Assembly: GCA_963678315.1 (NCBI GenBank) | Contig: OY782781.1 | Location: 1,280,001 to 1,344,000 of the forward strand | Origin: Candidatus Cloacimonadales bacterium | Lineage (GTDB): Bacteria > Cloacimonadota > Cloacimonadia > Cloacimonadales > JAFGVF01 | Length of the DNA: 64,000 nucleotides | Direction of reading: 5' to 3' | Shown: one piece after another, positions 21,475 to 31,986 of the stretch | Layout of the letters: the number at the start of each line of letters is the position of its first letter | How positions within the stretch are numbered: the first letter of the stretch is position 1 | Position numbers and translations under genes: made by a program | Notes under the pieces: generated by a model | What the model saw: the letters and a program-made list of their open reading frames with translations, nothing else | Told to the model about the DNA's origin: nothing | Databases searched by the model: none

Positions 21475-22031
21475 TCCTTAAGAGTAGAAGTTATAATTTG
21501 AGGAACTAAACCTGTAACAGACTGATTATTATTGAGTTTACTCCTTACTTCAGTAGAAGATATGTCATAAGGCTTGATGCTAACTACATTAAAACGAGGA
21601 TCAATTTTCTGAGAAACAGCATATCCAGAACTTCTACTAACTACTGTAAAATTAACATTATCAAGCAACCATTCACTTTTGTACCACTTGTCAAATGAAA
21701 GTGCATTATCCATACCAATAACAAAAGTAAAATCAGTAAGTGAATACTCTTCTGTAATTCTATTAATCAAGTTGAAAGTGTAATTAACGCCATGCTTAGG
21801 GTCATCTAAGTCACTTAGCTCAAAATCAGAAAATTCACTAATTGCCATAGATACAAGATTACAGCGTTGCTGATATGAGAGATATTTGTTTGTTGTCTTA
21901 AGAGGATGATTGCCACTTGGAGTAAATAAAATTTTAGAAGCAATATGCTTTGTTATTAATTGTTCAGCTACATAAATATGACCATTATGGATGGGATTAA
22001 ACATCCCACCCAAGATAGCAAATTTGTACAT
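21453..22031 (-). CDS. nadD: Nicotinate-nucleotide adenylyltransferase
   Basis: GGMFNPIHNGH, FVIGMDN..SFDKW, ISSTEVR. Confidence 0.9.
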   Translation of the reverse strand: MYKFAILGGMFNPIHNGHIYVAEQLITKHIASKILFTPSGNHPLKTTNKYLSYQQRCNLVSMAISEFSDFELSDLDDPKHGVNYTFNLINRITEEYSLTDFTFVIGMDNALSFDKWYKSEWLLDNVNFTVVSRSSGYAVSQKIDPRFNVVSIKPYDISSTEVRSKLNNNQSVTGLVPQIITSTLKDYWKNIK

Positions 22032-22753
22032 TAGTCTAGTTTATCTTCTATTTTCTTAGTGAGTTTATGTTCAGGGTACATTGCTTTTAAGTACTGAACA
22101 TACTTACTCGCTTCATCATTTAAGCCTTGTTTATGGTAAATAAGTGCAGTATAATAAGCAGATTGAATTTCATATTCACCTTGAATACCAGTTTCAAGAA
22201 CTTCTTTAAAATACATCAAGGCAGCAGGATAGTCAGGTAGCTTATAATAGGTATAACCATTTAGATATTTCTTTTCAACTAACTTATCTTGTGCTTTCTT
22301 TATCAATTCTATAGCTTCAAGTCTATACTTTCCACCTGGATATCTAGTTAAGTACTCATTCAATGAATTAATTGTAGCAACTGTTTCATCTTGAGTGTAG
22401 GAAGCAGGTTCAGAAGTTTCCCAGTTACACTTACCAATTCTAAAATATGCTATTTCTAAATCATTCAAGTCTGAAGAGAAACGCATCATTAATTGATATT
22501 GCAGCTTAGCATCATAGTAATCTTCAAGCTCATAATAAGAGTTTGCTAACTTCTCTTGTGCATCAAGTGTATATTTTGAATTAACATATCTGGTAATTGA
22601 TTCGTATACTGGAATAGCTTTTTTGTACTTTCCTTGTTCATAGTACTGATTTGCTAAATCATATTTCTCAATATCAGATAGTTTTTCATAACTATTATTA
22701 CTACAAGCAATTAAGACTGATAATGTTGCTAAAATTATTAAAAGTTTATTCAT
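22031..22753 (-). CDS. bamD: Outer membrane protein assembly factor BamD (TPR lipoprotein)
   Basis: Lipobox LIAC, TPR helices, YTQDET..TI..L..YL.RYP pattern. Confidence 0.75.
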   Translation of the reverse strand: MNKLLIILATLSVLIACSNNSYEKLSDIEKYDLANQYYEQGKYKKAIPVYESITRYVNSKYTLDAQEKLANSYYELEDYYDAKLQYQLMMRFSSDLNDLEIAYFRIGKCNWETSEPASYTQDETVATINSLNEYLTRYPGGKYRLEAIELIKKAQDKLVEKKYLNGYTYYKLPDYPAALMYFKEVLETGIQGEYEIQSAYYTALIYHKQGLNDEASKYVQYLKAMYPEHKLTKKIEDKLD

Positions 22754-22760
22754 ATTTCCT

Positions 22761-23255
22761 CTATTCTATTGCCCATAGCGAATAAACTAATGAGCCTAAT
22801 ATTAGTGATAAAGCAAATGGCTTCCATAAAGATGTTTTATTTGAAGCATCATCTACTTTAGATATATTCTTTTTACTAGCTAAAATAACTATTTTCTCTG
22901 TAGAAACCTCTGTAATCTTGTAAGACACATTAATCTCTTGAAACTTTTCCTTTCTTGATACTAAAAATGAGGTCCTATCTTGATAAAACTCTTTGTTTTT
23001 AATATCAAATTCAATTGAGTAATCAGCAAAATCTCTCTTTTCTACAACCGAAAAACCTTTACTTACCAATGTCTCAATTAACTGATTGTTATAATCAGAA
23101 TTGCTGGATTTGAAAACGTAATAGTCCTTATCAAGCAACAAATACGGCTTTAAGTATTTAAATAATGAGTCACTGATTACACTATCATCATCATTTACTG
23201 CATAAACATTAAAAACTAAAAAGATAATCCCTAAAATTATACCTAGTCTTTTCAA
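22761..23255 (-). CDS. Hypothetical exported protein with C-terminal hydrophobic anchor
   Basis: N-terminal signal, C-terminal TM segment, tight spacing between the cpoB-like gene and bamD. Confidence 0.6.
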   Translation of the reverse strand: MKRLGIILGIIFLVFNVYAVNDDDSVISDSLFKYLKPYLLLDKDYYVFKSSNSDYNNQLIETLVSKGFSVVEKRDFADYSIEFDIKNKEFYQDRTSFLVSRKEKFQEINVSYKITEVSTEKIVILASKKNISKVDDASNKTSLWKPFALSLILGSLVYSLWAIE

Positions 23256-24062
23256 TTATTTAAGCTCCTCAATCATTCTGTTAACTCTATCAATTCTGAC
23301 ATAATTAGGGTAAAGTCTTTTTAACTTCATGGCAAGATCAAGAGCTGAATCATGATCACCTTGAGTTCTATGGATTATTGCCATTTTAAGCATAGAATCA
23401 CTAGCTTTTTCAGTATCAGGCCAATTGTCCACGATATGTTCAAAATTATCATAAGAAGATTGGTAATCCTTCAAATCATAGTCAATCTCAGCAATCCAAT
23501 AGTAGCAATTAGGAACTAATTCATTATTAGGATAATACTTGATAATTTGAGAAAACTTATCTCTTGCTGCACTATAGTTCTTGTTTACATAAAGAACTCT
23601 AGCTTGAGAATACTGTGTATCAGCAGGAATCTTCTTCTTGTTTAAGTTATCAATCTTCTTCTGAGCTTGAGATGGTTTATTAACCTTAGCCTCTGACTGA
23701 TTTCCTTTAGTATTACCTTTTAAAGCTATATTCTCTAATTCTTCGACTTTAATTGTACTTTCAGTAACCATATCAAACATTGATTCAATACGGTCACCAT
23801 GGAAAATAACCATATCTTCAAGATTTGATATTCTTTCATCTAATACAAGATAACTATTTTGCAATCTGATTGTTGAATATGAACTTGTTCCCCCTGAATT
23901 AGTTTCAAATTCTCGTAATATCTTGCTGTAATAACTCAATGAATCCTGGAGTGAGTTAACTCTTTTTTCTAGTTCTACATTCTGTTTATATAATTCTAAA
24001 TTATTGCTACAGCCGGAAAGAATCAACACTAGAAGCCCAATAATAACAGCATATTTCCTCAT
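23256..24062 (-). CDS. cpoB: CpoB/YbgF-like TPR lipoprotein
   Basis: Lipobox LSGC, coiled coil, C-terminal TPRs (YPNNELVPNCYYWIAE, KASDSMLK). Confidence 0.7.
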   Translation of the reverse strand: MRKYAVIIGLLVLILSGCSNNLELYKQNVELEKRVNSLQDSLSYYSKILREFETNSGGTSSYSTIRLQNSYLVLDERISNLEDMVIFHGDRIESMFDMVTESTIKVEELENIALKGNTKGNQSEAKVNKPSQAQKKIDNLNKKKIPADTQYSQARVLYVNKNYSAARDKFSQIIKYYPNNELVPNCYYWIAEIDYDLKDYQSSYDNFEHIVDNWPDTEKASDSMLKMAIIHRTQGDHDSALDLAMKLKRLYPNYVRIDRVNRMIEELK

Positions 24063-24173
24063 AATAAATCCTTTAGATCATAGGTATATTTAATTGCTTT
24101 GTTAACTTCACATCCATAATGAAACATCAAGTAGGATGAGGCTTTTAAACCCCATCCCTTAAATTAATCTATG

Positions 24174-25580
24174 TTAAGCTTTCTTCATGAAAGCTTTGTA
24201 GCCTTTATATGAGCTGTACAAGTCAGCTTTATTAACTACTTCATAAAGTGAGTGCATTCCTAATAAACTAGGACCACAATCAATAACTTCTGCACCGTAT
24301 TCAGCTAAGAATTTAGCGATTGTTCCACCACCACCAACATCAACATTACCTAATGTACCTGTTTGCCAGATTACTTCATCTTCGTTGAAGATTCTAATCA
24401 CTTCAGCATTGAATTCAGCATTAGCATCATTAGAACCACCTTTTCCACCAGCACCTGTATATTTCAATAAAGTAACACCGTGCCCAACTATAGGAGCATT
24501 TGACTTGTCATGAACTGAATGCCAGTTTGGATTGATTGGTGCATTTACATCAGCAGAAAGAACCTTTGATTTCATCATAGTCTTTCTTAAGTTGTAAGAT
24601 CCACAATCTTCATCATTTTGCTTTAAAACATCAGCTATGAAATCTTTAATAAAGATTGATTTAGCACCTGTATTACTATCAGATCCAACCTCTTCTTTAT
24701 CACTAAAGTAAACAATTGAAGTTCTTTCCATATCTTCTTGAGGAATATCAAGTAAAGCTTTAAGTCCTGTGTAAGCACAGATTCTATCATCTTGACCATA
24801 ACCCATAACCATAGATCTGTCAAGTCCCATTTCTCTTGCTTTGCCAGCAGGAACTAATTCAAGTTCAGCAGATAAGAAATCTACTTCTTCAATACCATAC
24901 TTCTCATTAAGAAGTTGTAATACATGATATTTAATCTTTTGTTTTTGGTCTTCATCATCTACAGGAATTGAACCAAGAACAACGTTTAATTTATCAGCAG
25001 AAATAGCTTCACCAAGAGGCTTAGATGATTGAACCTTTCTAGCTAAATGAGGTAATAAATCAGGAATAATGAATACAGGATCATTTTCATCTTCACCAAT
25101 ACAAATATCAACCTTCTTACCGTTTTTATCAATCACAATACCGTGAATTGCTAGTGGAGTTGAAACCCATTGATATTTTCTAATTCCACCATAATAGTGA
25201 GTTTTAGCCATTGCTAAAGCAGCTGTTGAATCTTCATAGAAAGGATTTTGTTTTAAATCAATCTTAGGAGCGTCAACATGAGCAGCAATTAAGTTAATAC
25301 CGTCTGAAACTGGTCTTTTACCGATAATAGCAAAAGCCATAGATTTATTTCTGAAAGAAGCAAAGACTTTTTTAGAAGCTTTTTCAGTAAGGATTTCAGT
25401 AAAGCCAGCAGCTTTAAGTACATCTTCTGTATAATCAATAGTTTCTCTTACATTTTTACATTTGTTCAAGAAATCAATGTAGTCTTTTGAAAATTCGTGA
25501 GCAGCTTTGATATCTTCTTTTGGAGCTTTTTCCCAAAAGTTCTTCTTGCTATATGATAAACTTTCTTTCTCTTTAGCCAT
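24174..25580 (-). CDS. M18 family aminopeptidase
   Basis: AHVDAP, THYYGGIRKYQW, GQDDRIC, DKEEVGS, GGGGTIA, GMHS. Confidence 0.9.
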   Translation of the reverse strand: MAKEKESLSYSKKNFWEKAPKEDIKAAHEFSKDYIDFLNKCKNVRETIDYTEDVLKAAGFTEILTEKASKKVFASFRNKSMAFAIIGKRPVSDGINLIAAHVDAPKIDLKQNPFYEDSTAALAMAKTHYYGGIRKYQWVSTPLAIHGIVIDKNGKKVDICIGEDENDPVFIIPDLLPHLARKVQSSKPLGEAISADKLNVVLGSIPVDDEDQKQKIKYHVLQLLNEKYGIEEVDFLSAELELVPAGKAREMGLDRSMVMGYGQDDRICAYTGLKALLDIPQEDMERTSIVYFSDKEEVGSDSNTGAKSIFIKDFIADVLKQNDEDCGSYNLRKTMMKSKVLSADVNAPINPNWHSVHDKSNAPIVGHGVTLLKYTGAGGKGGSNDANAEFNAEVIRIFNEDEVIWQTGTLGNVDVGGGGTIAKFLAEYGAEVIDCGPSLLGMHSLYEVVNKADLYSSYKGYKAFMKKA

Positions 25581-25597
25581 TTTGTACCTCTGTTTAT

Positions 25598-26065
25598 TTA
25601 TTTTATTGATATAATCTTAAATTTTCTTTCACCTTTAGGCGTTTTAGCAACAGCAATTTCATCTTTAGCCTTGCCAATAAAACACTTACCTATAGGAGAA
25701 GCAATAGATATTTTTGTAATATTTTCTTCGTGGAAGTTTACTTCATCAACTCCAACCAAGTGATAAGTAACATATTCATCACTACCAATTTCTTCTACTT
25801 CAACAACAGCACCAAATCTTACTTTATCTTTAGCAATTGTAGAAGGGTCAATTACTTTCAACTTTGAGCTTCTAACTCTTAAGTAAGTAACTTCATTATC
25901 AATTTGGCGTTGTCTTTCTCTAGCAGATTTATATTCAGCATTTTCACTAAGGTCGCCCATTTCACGAGCTACTTGGACAGCTTTCATAACTGATGGTCTT
26001 TCTTCCAAAAGTTCTTTTATTCTTTTTTGAATTTGTTGCATTCCGTATGGTGTTATATAATCCAT
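25598..26065 (-). CDS. greA: Transcription elongation factor GreA
   Basis: AREMGDLSENAEY, VRFGAVV, ISIASPIG. Confidence 0.9.
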   Translation of the reverse strand: MDYITPYGMQQIQKRIKELLEERPSVMKAVQVAREMGDLSENAEYKSARERQRQIDNEVTYLRVRSSKLKVIDPSTIAKDKVRFGAVVEVEEIGSDEYVTYHLVGVDEVNFHEENITKISIASPIGKCFIGKAKDEIAVAKTPKGERKFKIISIK

Positions 26066-26069
26066 AAAG

Positions 26070-26885
26070 TTACTTCCTTTTCATTTTCCTTTTTAGCAAC
26101 TTCCTACAATTTAGTGCACTTTTCTTAAGTCGTGCATTCCCTGATTTAGTCCACTCCTCAACAATTTCATAGATTCTTTCATTACAGAATGAAGTTCCAC
26201 CTGTAAGGATTTCCACAACATTAGGGTCATGAGAATTAGCATAGTATTCAAAAGTTTCTACAAATAGTTCTTGGTCAAACTTACCTAATTCTTTAACAAA
26301 TTGAGAATAGATTTTTATCATCTCTGCAGAAGCATACATCCACTTATTTTCGAGATGTTTTAATACTGGTTTTGCATATTCCTTATTAGCTTTACACATC
26401 TTGATAAGTAGTTTAATGCTAACCTGCTCTAAAGTAAGTTTATTAGAATTTAACCAGCTATAAACATGATGCAAATATTTATCAGGATTCTTTTTAAGTA
26501 TTGGTAAGAACACTCTATCTAAAAGAGTAGAAATATCTGAAGCATCAGTAGATGAGTTAAGATATTCTGTCATCTTTTCAAAGTATAAGTCATTGTCTTT
26601 CTTAATAAACTTAGCTATAATAGTTGATGTAATGAATTTTCCATTATCTCCACCAGAATACCATAAGTAATCATAGAAATCTATATGCTCAGAATGCTCT
26701 TTAGCTATCTTAGTAGAAATTTCTTTTGCAACAAGTGACAACACTTCATGAGGAATATTGTGTCCTGCTCTTACAGGATAAGAGTTGTAAATAATTCCAA
26801 TGTGGTAATCTTTATTTGGTAATTTATTTTGAATAAAATCATCTGTATCTTTAATTAGTCTTTCTTTCCAGTCTAATGATATCAT
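26070..26885 (-). CDS. HEAT-repeat protein, DNA alkylation repair (AlkD-like) family
   Basis: All-helical repeats ending EEWTKSGNARLKKSA; resemblance by eye only. Confidence 0.45.
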   Translation of the reverse strand: MISLDWKERLIKDTDDFIQNKLPNKDYHIGIIYNSYPVRAGHNIPHEVLSLVAKEISTKIAKEHSEHIDFYDYLWYSGGDNGKFITSTIIAKFIKKDNDLYFEKMTEYLNSSTDASDISTLLDRVFLPILKKNPDKYLHHVYSWLNSNKLTLEQVSIKLLIKMCKANKEYAKPVLKHLENKWMYASAEMIKIYSQFVKELGKFDQELFVETFEYYANSHDPNVVEILTGGTSFCNERIYEIVEEWTKSGNARLKKSALNCRKLLKRKMKRK

Positions 26886-26897
26886 TAATTCTCCTAC

Positions 26898-29800
26898 TTA
26901 ATTTAGTATAGCAATTTTCCCTTTTTTAGTAGATCCTTTCATCTGCATGATATAGAAATATGTTCCTGATGAGAGTTTCTTCCCAGCATTATTTCTTAGG
27001 TTCCACTGATAGACTTCATTACCATAGAATGGACCTATATTTTTATCATACACAATATCTCCAGCTAAATTATAGATAGTAATCTTTCCGCGTGCATTTA
27101 AAGGGATATTAGTAAATTTAATTTCATTGATTCCGTCTGCAGTATACACTGGGTTAGGATATATTTGCAATTTTGACAAATCATTAATATCTGTCAAGCT
27201 GAATTGAACAGTGTTTGATTGCAATAACATAAGGTTATTCGAGAAATCACTAATATTATGAATTACAATTTTATATGGTTGAGTTGAGTATTTTAAGTTG
27301 TTCTGAAATCTAACAAAAACATTTTGCTGATCTAGGCTAACACTTACTATGGAGTTATCTGTATCATTGAATGGCCTAACAAGTTCAAAATTCTCTAAAG
27401 TTAAAGTGTTACTATCAACAGATTTTATCATTTCACTGAATTCAAGAACAATCTCTTTCTTGTTTACAACATCTACATTAACTACTTCTGGAGGTCTAGT
27501 ATCAGCAGTGTTTTCAAAATCAAATTCTAGATATTCTGAAATCAATCCATTTGAGCTCTCAATATTTCTACAATAAAGAGTGTAGCTGTCATTAACTAAC
27601 TTAGATTTAAGTTTAAGTGTAGCAACTGTAAATTCTTCATTCAAGATTGCAGAATTAATTAATAGATCTGCATCATCAAAAGTATAATGTCCGATATCTG
27701 TCATATATCTATCAAGCGGTACATTGAACTCAACATTGAGGAAGAAATCATTAACTTTTGTAACACTAATTACTTCAGGAAGACAATCAGGAATTACTTT
27801 CTTCCATACAGTTAAATAACTTTCTGCTACAGGGAAGTTGTTATTAATAGCTTTTACAGCATAATAGTAGTCTTCTCCCTGAGTCAAATTGTAATCATAG
27901 AATTCACTTTCTGTTTGAGAACCCACCAACTGCTCAACTATACCATATACAGGATGATTATAGCGTTGATAAATCTCGTATGATGTATTTGCTTCTTGTA
28001 TCCAGCTTAGTTTAACTGTTGTTTCATCAATAGCTACAGCAGTAAAGCCTTGTGGAGATTCTGGTTCATTCATATAATCTCTAGAAGTAACCTTTACACT
28101 AATCAATTCTTCATCTTGAATTTGGTTACAAAAGAGAATTGGATCAGATTCTTCATCTTGTTGGTAAACATTTATTTGGAATGAATCAGTTGAGTTATGA
28201 ACTGCTTTAGCATCCATTTTCTCTCCATCCCATTCAAAAGTATATAAATATGGTGTAACTGATATGAAGAGTTCTTCTTTTCCATTTCCATCCATATCAT
28301 AAGCTGCTATAGAATTATTACTACCAACTGAATCAAGGCTTATCGTATCCAGCACATAGTAAGAATCATTACCATCGCTTTTAAAGATGGTGAATTCAAA
28401 ATGTGAGTTATTAACATTGACCTGGTTTCTAACATAGCCACCAATTACGAATTCATTTTCTCCGTCTCCAGTGTAATCGCCATAATCTATGTAATAACAA
28501 GAACCTACATTCAATCTTGTTTCCCAAACAAGGTAATCTTCAATATTTGGTTTCTTTTCAAAAATCATTACATCGCCATCAGTATCTGCAATCAGAATAT
28601 CAGGATAGATATCTCCATCTAAATTAGTACATTTAACATTAGGAACAAAGATATTTCTAGAGTCAGTAGGCGAAGGATTATAGATAACTTCTCTTTCACT
28701 AAATCCGCTTGTTTGTCTAGCATATAATTTAATAACAGTAGCATCAGGGTCATCAACAATACAAATCAAGTTTGATTCGTTATCGCCATTATAATCAGCA
28801 AAGACTCCTCCAATAGCATTTGGTATCTCTTGCAAGTAACTATCAATAGGATATACTGATTCCTCTGTACTTTCAAACACATAGCCATTAATCTGGTCAG
28901 TCGCAAGAACTTCATAACCAATATCGTTAGTATTTCCAATGTCTAACGGTCTAAATTTTTGTGTAAACTGATATTTTGTTTCAAAGGTATTTCCATTTTG
29001 CTCAAAAATTCTTACATTACCAAAAGTTCCATTTTCAATGAACATACTTACGAACTCATTTTTCCCATTTCCATCAAAATCAACAAATTTCTCTGTTGCA
29101 AGAATAGGAAGAGAGAAATTATTTACATTGTAATGAGTTATTGCTGTTTCATCATTATTTATAGTAGCAAAATCTTCTAAGAGTCCACTATATAATGTTA
29201 AACCAGCTCTATTAGTTGCATATACTTCAATATCAATATTCCCAGCTGGAACATTATTAGGAATCTGTATGTACTGAACAGAGTCTGCTACAGAAGAAAA
29301 AGCTGAATAATTGTTACCATTTTCATCAATAATATTGACTTCAATAGAAACATCTTCATTGTATTTCATTTTAATATAATGGTTTTTATAGTTAGAATTA
29401 AACCTTTCAACATACTCTATAGTGTCTGTCAGATAAGGTAAGCTTTTATCAATTGTCACATGCTTAATAATATTAAACACATTGCCTGATTTATCTTGTA
29501 CTGACAACCTAATTCTATACTCTCCATCAAGAAGTTCATCTTCAAGCTCGAACCTTTTGAGGAAGCCATCTTCAACTGCTTCATAGTAGAATATTGGAGA
29601 GTTATTATGGGTTTGGCAATCATACCAGTCATATTGTCCAGGTGCTTGCTCAGTTGAATAAGTAACTGAGTATCTAAAGAAGTCAGGAACATCAATGCTT
29701 CCAGTAATATCAAAATCTGAACTCAGTCCCATTTCTTCATGCGGATAGGATATTGCTAAATAAGGGTTTTCTATTGTAGTAATCAGTTTTTCTGCATCAA

Positions 29801-31064
29801 TTAAACCATAACCAAAGTATTGGTCAAAGCCAGGAGTACCCAAATCTTCAGAAGTAGAATATAAAAGAGTCTTGACTTCTTCAAAATTAAGGTCTGGTTT
29901 ATATGAAAGAAGTAATCCGATTATTCCTGTAACATGAGGAGCAGCCATAGAGGTTCCAGACTGTTCTTGGTAGCCTCCATTTTCACTTTCTGGGTCATAA
30001 GTAGACATAATCTGAGAACCAGGAGCAACGACATCTAAGTCACTACCATAACTTGAAAAGGAAGACAGCATTTTATATCTATCAACAGAACCAACCGAAA
30101 TAACATTAGATAGTCTAGCAGGGTAACTCACAATTGGACCTGGATCATTACCTGAAGAAGCTACGAGGATAACACCATGGTCATAAGCATATTGGCAAGC
30201 ATCTGCAATAATTGGGGAATAGTTCTGGTCTCCCCAAGACATATTGATTACCTTTGCTCCCATATCTGTTGCATATATAAGAGAAGCAGATACATCGTCA
30301 TCTTGTAGGTAACCACCAGATGAAGTCATGAAACCACCTCTTACAGGAAGTAATCTTACATTCCACATAACGCCAGCAACTCCAATACCATTGTTTGTTT
30401 CAGCAGCAATAATTCCTGAAACGTGGGTACCATGATAGTTTTCATCACTTGGGTCGTTATCTCTCTCTATATAATCACCAAGAGCGATATTGTTTAAGAG
30501 AGGAGCATCTGCAAAATCCCAACCATGCACATCATCTATGTAGCCATTATTATCATCATCAATCCCATTATTTGGAATTTCACCTTCATTGACGTAAACT
30601 ACATTAGTTAAATCAGGGTGATTTAAAGCTATACCAGAATCAATAACAGCAACAATTATATCTTCACTACCTGTTGAGTATGCCCATGCATTAGGAATAT
30701 TACACAAGTTCAATAGTTGTTGCGGATAATAGGGGTCAGTAGTTCTTGAGTGAAATTTATTAATATAGTTAGGTTGAATAAAGTCTACATCAGGGTAACG
30801 CTCTTTACGACTTTCTATTTCTGATAAAGGAATATCTCTTTCTGTTTGTATTACAAAGTAACCATTATTGTTAGTTTCAGATACAGCTTTAATGCTTCTA
30901 ACACGATAAGACTTAATCCATCTAGAAAAGTCTGTATTAGCTTCTAAAGTAAAAGTATTTTCTCTATTGATAGTTTTTACAATAAGTTCATTTGGTGTGT
31001 AATTCAAAGCTACACAAGCAATAGTTACTAGTAATAATACAGAGGAAAAGAGATACTTCTTCAT
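26898..31064 (-). CDS. Secreted S8 subtilisin-like protease with FG-GAP-like repeats, FN3/Ig-like domains and a C-terminal sorting domain
   Basis: Signal peptide; intact triad VAVIDSG / HGTHVSG / GTSMAAPHV; DFDGNG, DYNGDN, DYTGDG loops; C-terminus IYPNP...IYNLAG...SSGTYFY...KIAILN. Confidence 0.9.
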   Translation of the reverse strand: MKKYLFSSVLLLVTIACVALNYTPNELIVKTINRENTFTLEANTDFSRWIKSYRVRSIKAVSETNNNGYFVIQTERDIPLSEIESRKERYPDVDFIQPNYINKFHSRTTDPYYPQQLLNLCNIPNAWAYSTGSEDIIVAVIDSGIALNHPDLTNVVYVNEGEIPNNGIDDDNNGYIDDVHGWDFADAPLLNNIALGDYIERDNDPSDENYHGTHVSGIIAAETNNGIGVAGVMWNVRLLPVRGGFMTSSGGYLQDDDVSASLIYATDMGAKVINMSWGDQNYSPIIADACQYAYDHGVILVASSGNDPGPIVSYPARLSNVISVGSVDRYKMLSSFSSYGSDLDVVAPGSQIMSTYDPESENGGYQEQSGTSMAAPHVTGIIGLLLSYKPDLNFEEVKTLLYSTSEDLGTPGFDQYFGYGLIDAEKLITTIENPYLAISYPHEEMGLSSDFDITGSIDVPDFFRYSVTYSTEQAPGQYDWYDCQTHNNSPIFYYEAVEDGFLKRFELEDELLDGEYRIRLSVQDKSGNVFNIIKHVTIDKSLPYLTDTIEYVERFNSNYKNHYIKMKYNEDVSIEVNIIDENGNNYSAFSSVADSVQYIQIPNNVPAGNIDIEVYATNRAGLTLYSGLLEDFATINNDETAITHYNVNNFSLPILATEKFVDFDGNGKNEFVSMFIENGTFGNVRIFEQNGNTFETKYQFTQKFRPLDIGNTNDIGYEVLATDQINGYVFESTEESVYPIDSYLQEIPNAIGGVFADYNGDNESNLICIVDDPDATVIKLYARQTSGFSEREVIYNPSPTDSRNIFVPNVKCTNLDGDIYPDILIADTDGDVMIFEKKPNIEDYLVWETRLNVGSCYYIDYGDYTGDGENEFVIGGYVRNQVNVNNSHFEFTIFKSDGNDSYYVLDTISLDSVGSNNSIAAYDMDGNGKEELFISVTPYLYTFEWDGEKMDAKAVHNSTDSFQINVYQQDEESDPILFCNQIQDEELISVKVTSRDYMNEPESPQGFTAVAIDETTVKLSWIQEANTSYEIYQRYNHPVYGIVEQLVGSQTESEFYDYNLTQGEDYYYAVKAINNNFPVAESYLTVWKKVIPDCLPEVISVTKVNDFFLNVEFNVPLDRYMTDIGHYTFDDADLLINSAILNEEFTVATLKLKSKLVNDSYTLYCRNIESSNGLISEYLEFDFENTADTRPPEVVNVDVVNKKEIVLEFSEMIKSVDSNTLTLENFELVRPFNDTDNSIVSVSLDQQNVFVRFQNNLKYSTQPYKIVIHNISDFSNNLMLLQSNTVQFSLTDINDLSKLQIYPNPVYTADGINEIKFTNIPLNARGKITIYNLAGDIVYDKNIGPFYGNEVYQWNLRNNAGKKLSSGTYFYIMQMKGSTKKGKIAILN

Positions 31065-31075
31065 TTTATAGTACC

Positions 31076-31978
31076 TTAGAATTTATAAGATAAACTTACT
31101 TTATGAACTGCATCTATATCATCTTTCATTTGCATATATGCATAATCAATGTTGAAAGAATCATAATCTATTCCTATACCATAGTTCATATCATTGACAT
31201 CATCATCAACTTTATAGCCAGTTCTTACATAAAGAATCTCAAAGACTTTAATTTGAGCACCAAAATTATATTGAACATCAGTATCATCTGCTTTATGAGC
31301 ATTAACATCGAAAGCTAAATCATAATTTGAGGTTAAAATTTCTTTGCTTAAGCCAATTTCATATCTTCTAAATAGATCTACTTTTTCTTGATCCATTTTT
31401 GAAGCACTACCTATATTCTTAGCTGTAATATATAATTTTGTATCTCTTAATGGAACAGACCAAACATAACCTAAATCTGCAGTTACCCCATAACTTGAAG
31501 CAGTATGTATTTTCTCATACAAGAAGTTAGCATTAATACCTACATAGTGGGTTGCTCCGAATCTATAAGCATAGTTAATAGTTCCAATAAGATCCATAGG
31601 AGCATATTCTCCGATAATCATTCCATTAGTATCACGTTCATCGATATCGCCATAACCTAAATGTTTGAAACCAATACCAAAGTGATATTTTCTTTTGTTA
31701 AGGGAATAAGCTCCACTTGTCATATCTGTATCTGCTAACCAAAAGTTTTGAGCTACACTAAGAATTCTACTTTTATTGAATAAACCTGCTGCTGGGTTAT
31801 TCATAAAGGTGAAAGCATCATCAACGATAAGTACACCTGTGTCACCCATGCCAGACATTGCTGTAGAAGGATTAATTTCTAGAACCTGGAAACCATACTC
31901 TCCAGCATTATCATGAACTGCATTTAACGATACAACTAAGCTAACTACTAGCACTATTAATAAATATATTTTTTTCAT
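31076..31978 (-). CDS. PorV/PorQ-family outer-membrane beta-barrel
   Basis: Signal peptide, GFQVLEI..ST..SGMG, NNPAAG, amphipathic strands, terminal HKVSLSYKF. Confidence 0.75.
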   Translation of the reverse strand: MKKIYLLIVLVVSLVVSLNAVHDNAGEYGFQVLEINPSTAMSGMGDTGVLIVDDAFTFMNNPAAGLFNKSRILSVAQNFWLADTDMTSGAYSLNKRKYHFGIGFKHLGYGDIDERDTNGMIIGEYAPMDLIGTINYAYRFGATHYVGINANFLYEKIHTASSYGVTADLGYVWSVPLRDTKLYITAKNIGSASKMDQEKVDLFRRYEIGLSKEILTSNYDLAFDVNAHKADDTDVQYNFGAQIKVFEILYVRTGYKVDDDVNDMNYGIGIDYDSFNIDYAYMQMKDDIDAVHKVSLSYKF

Positions 31979-31986
31979 TTTATCCT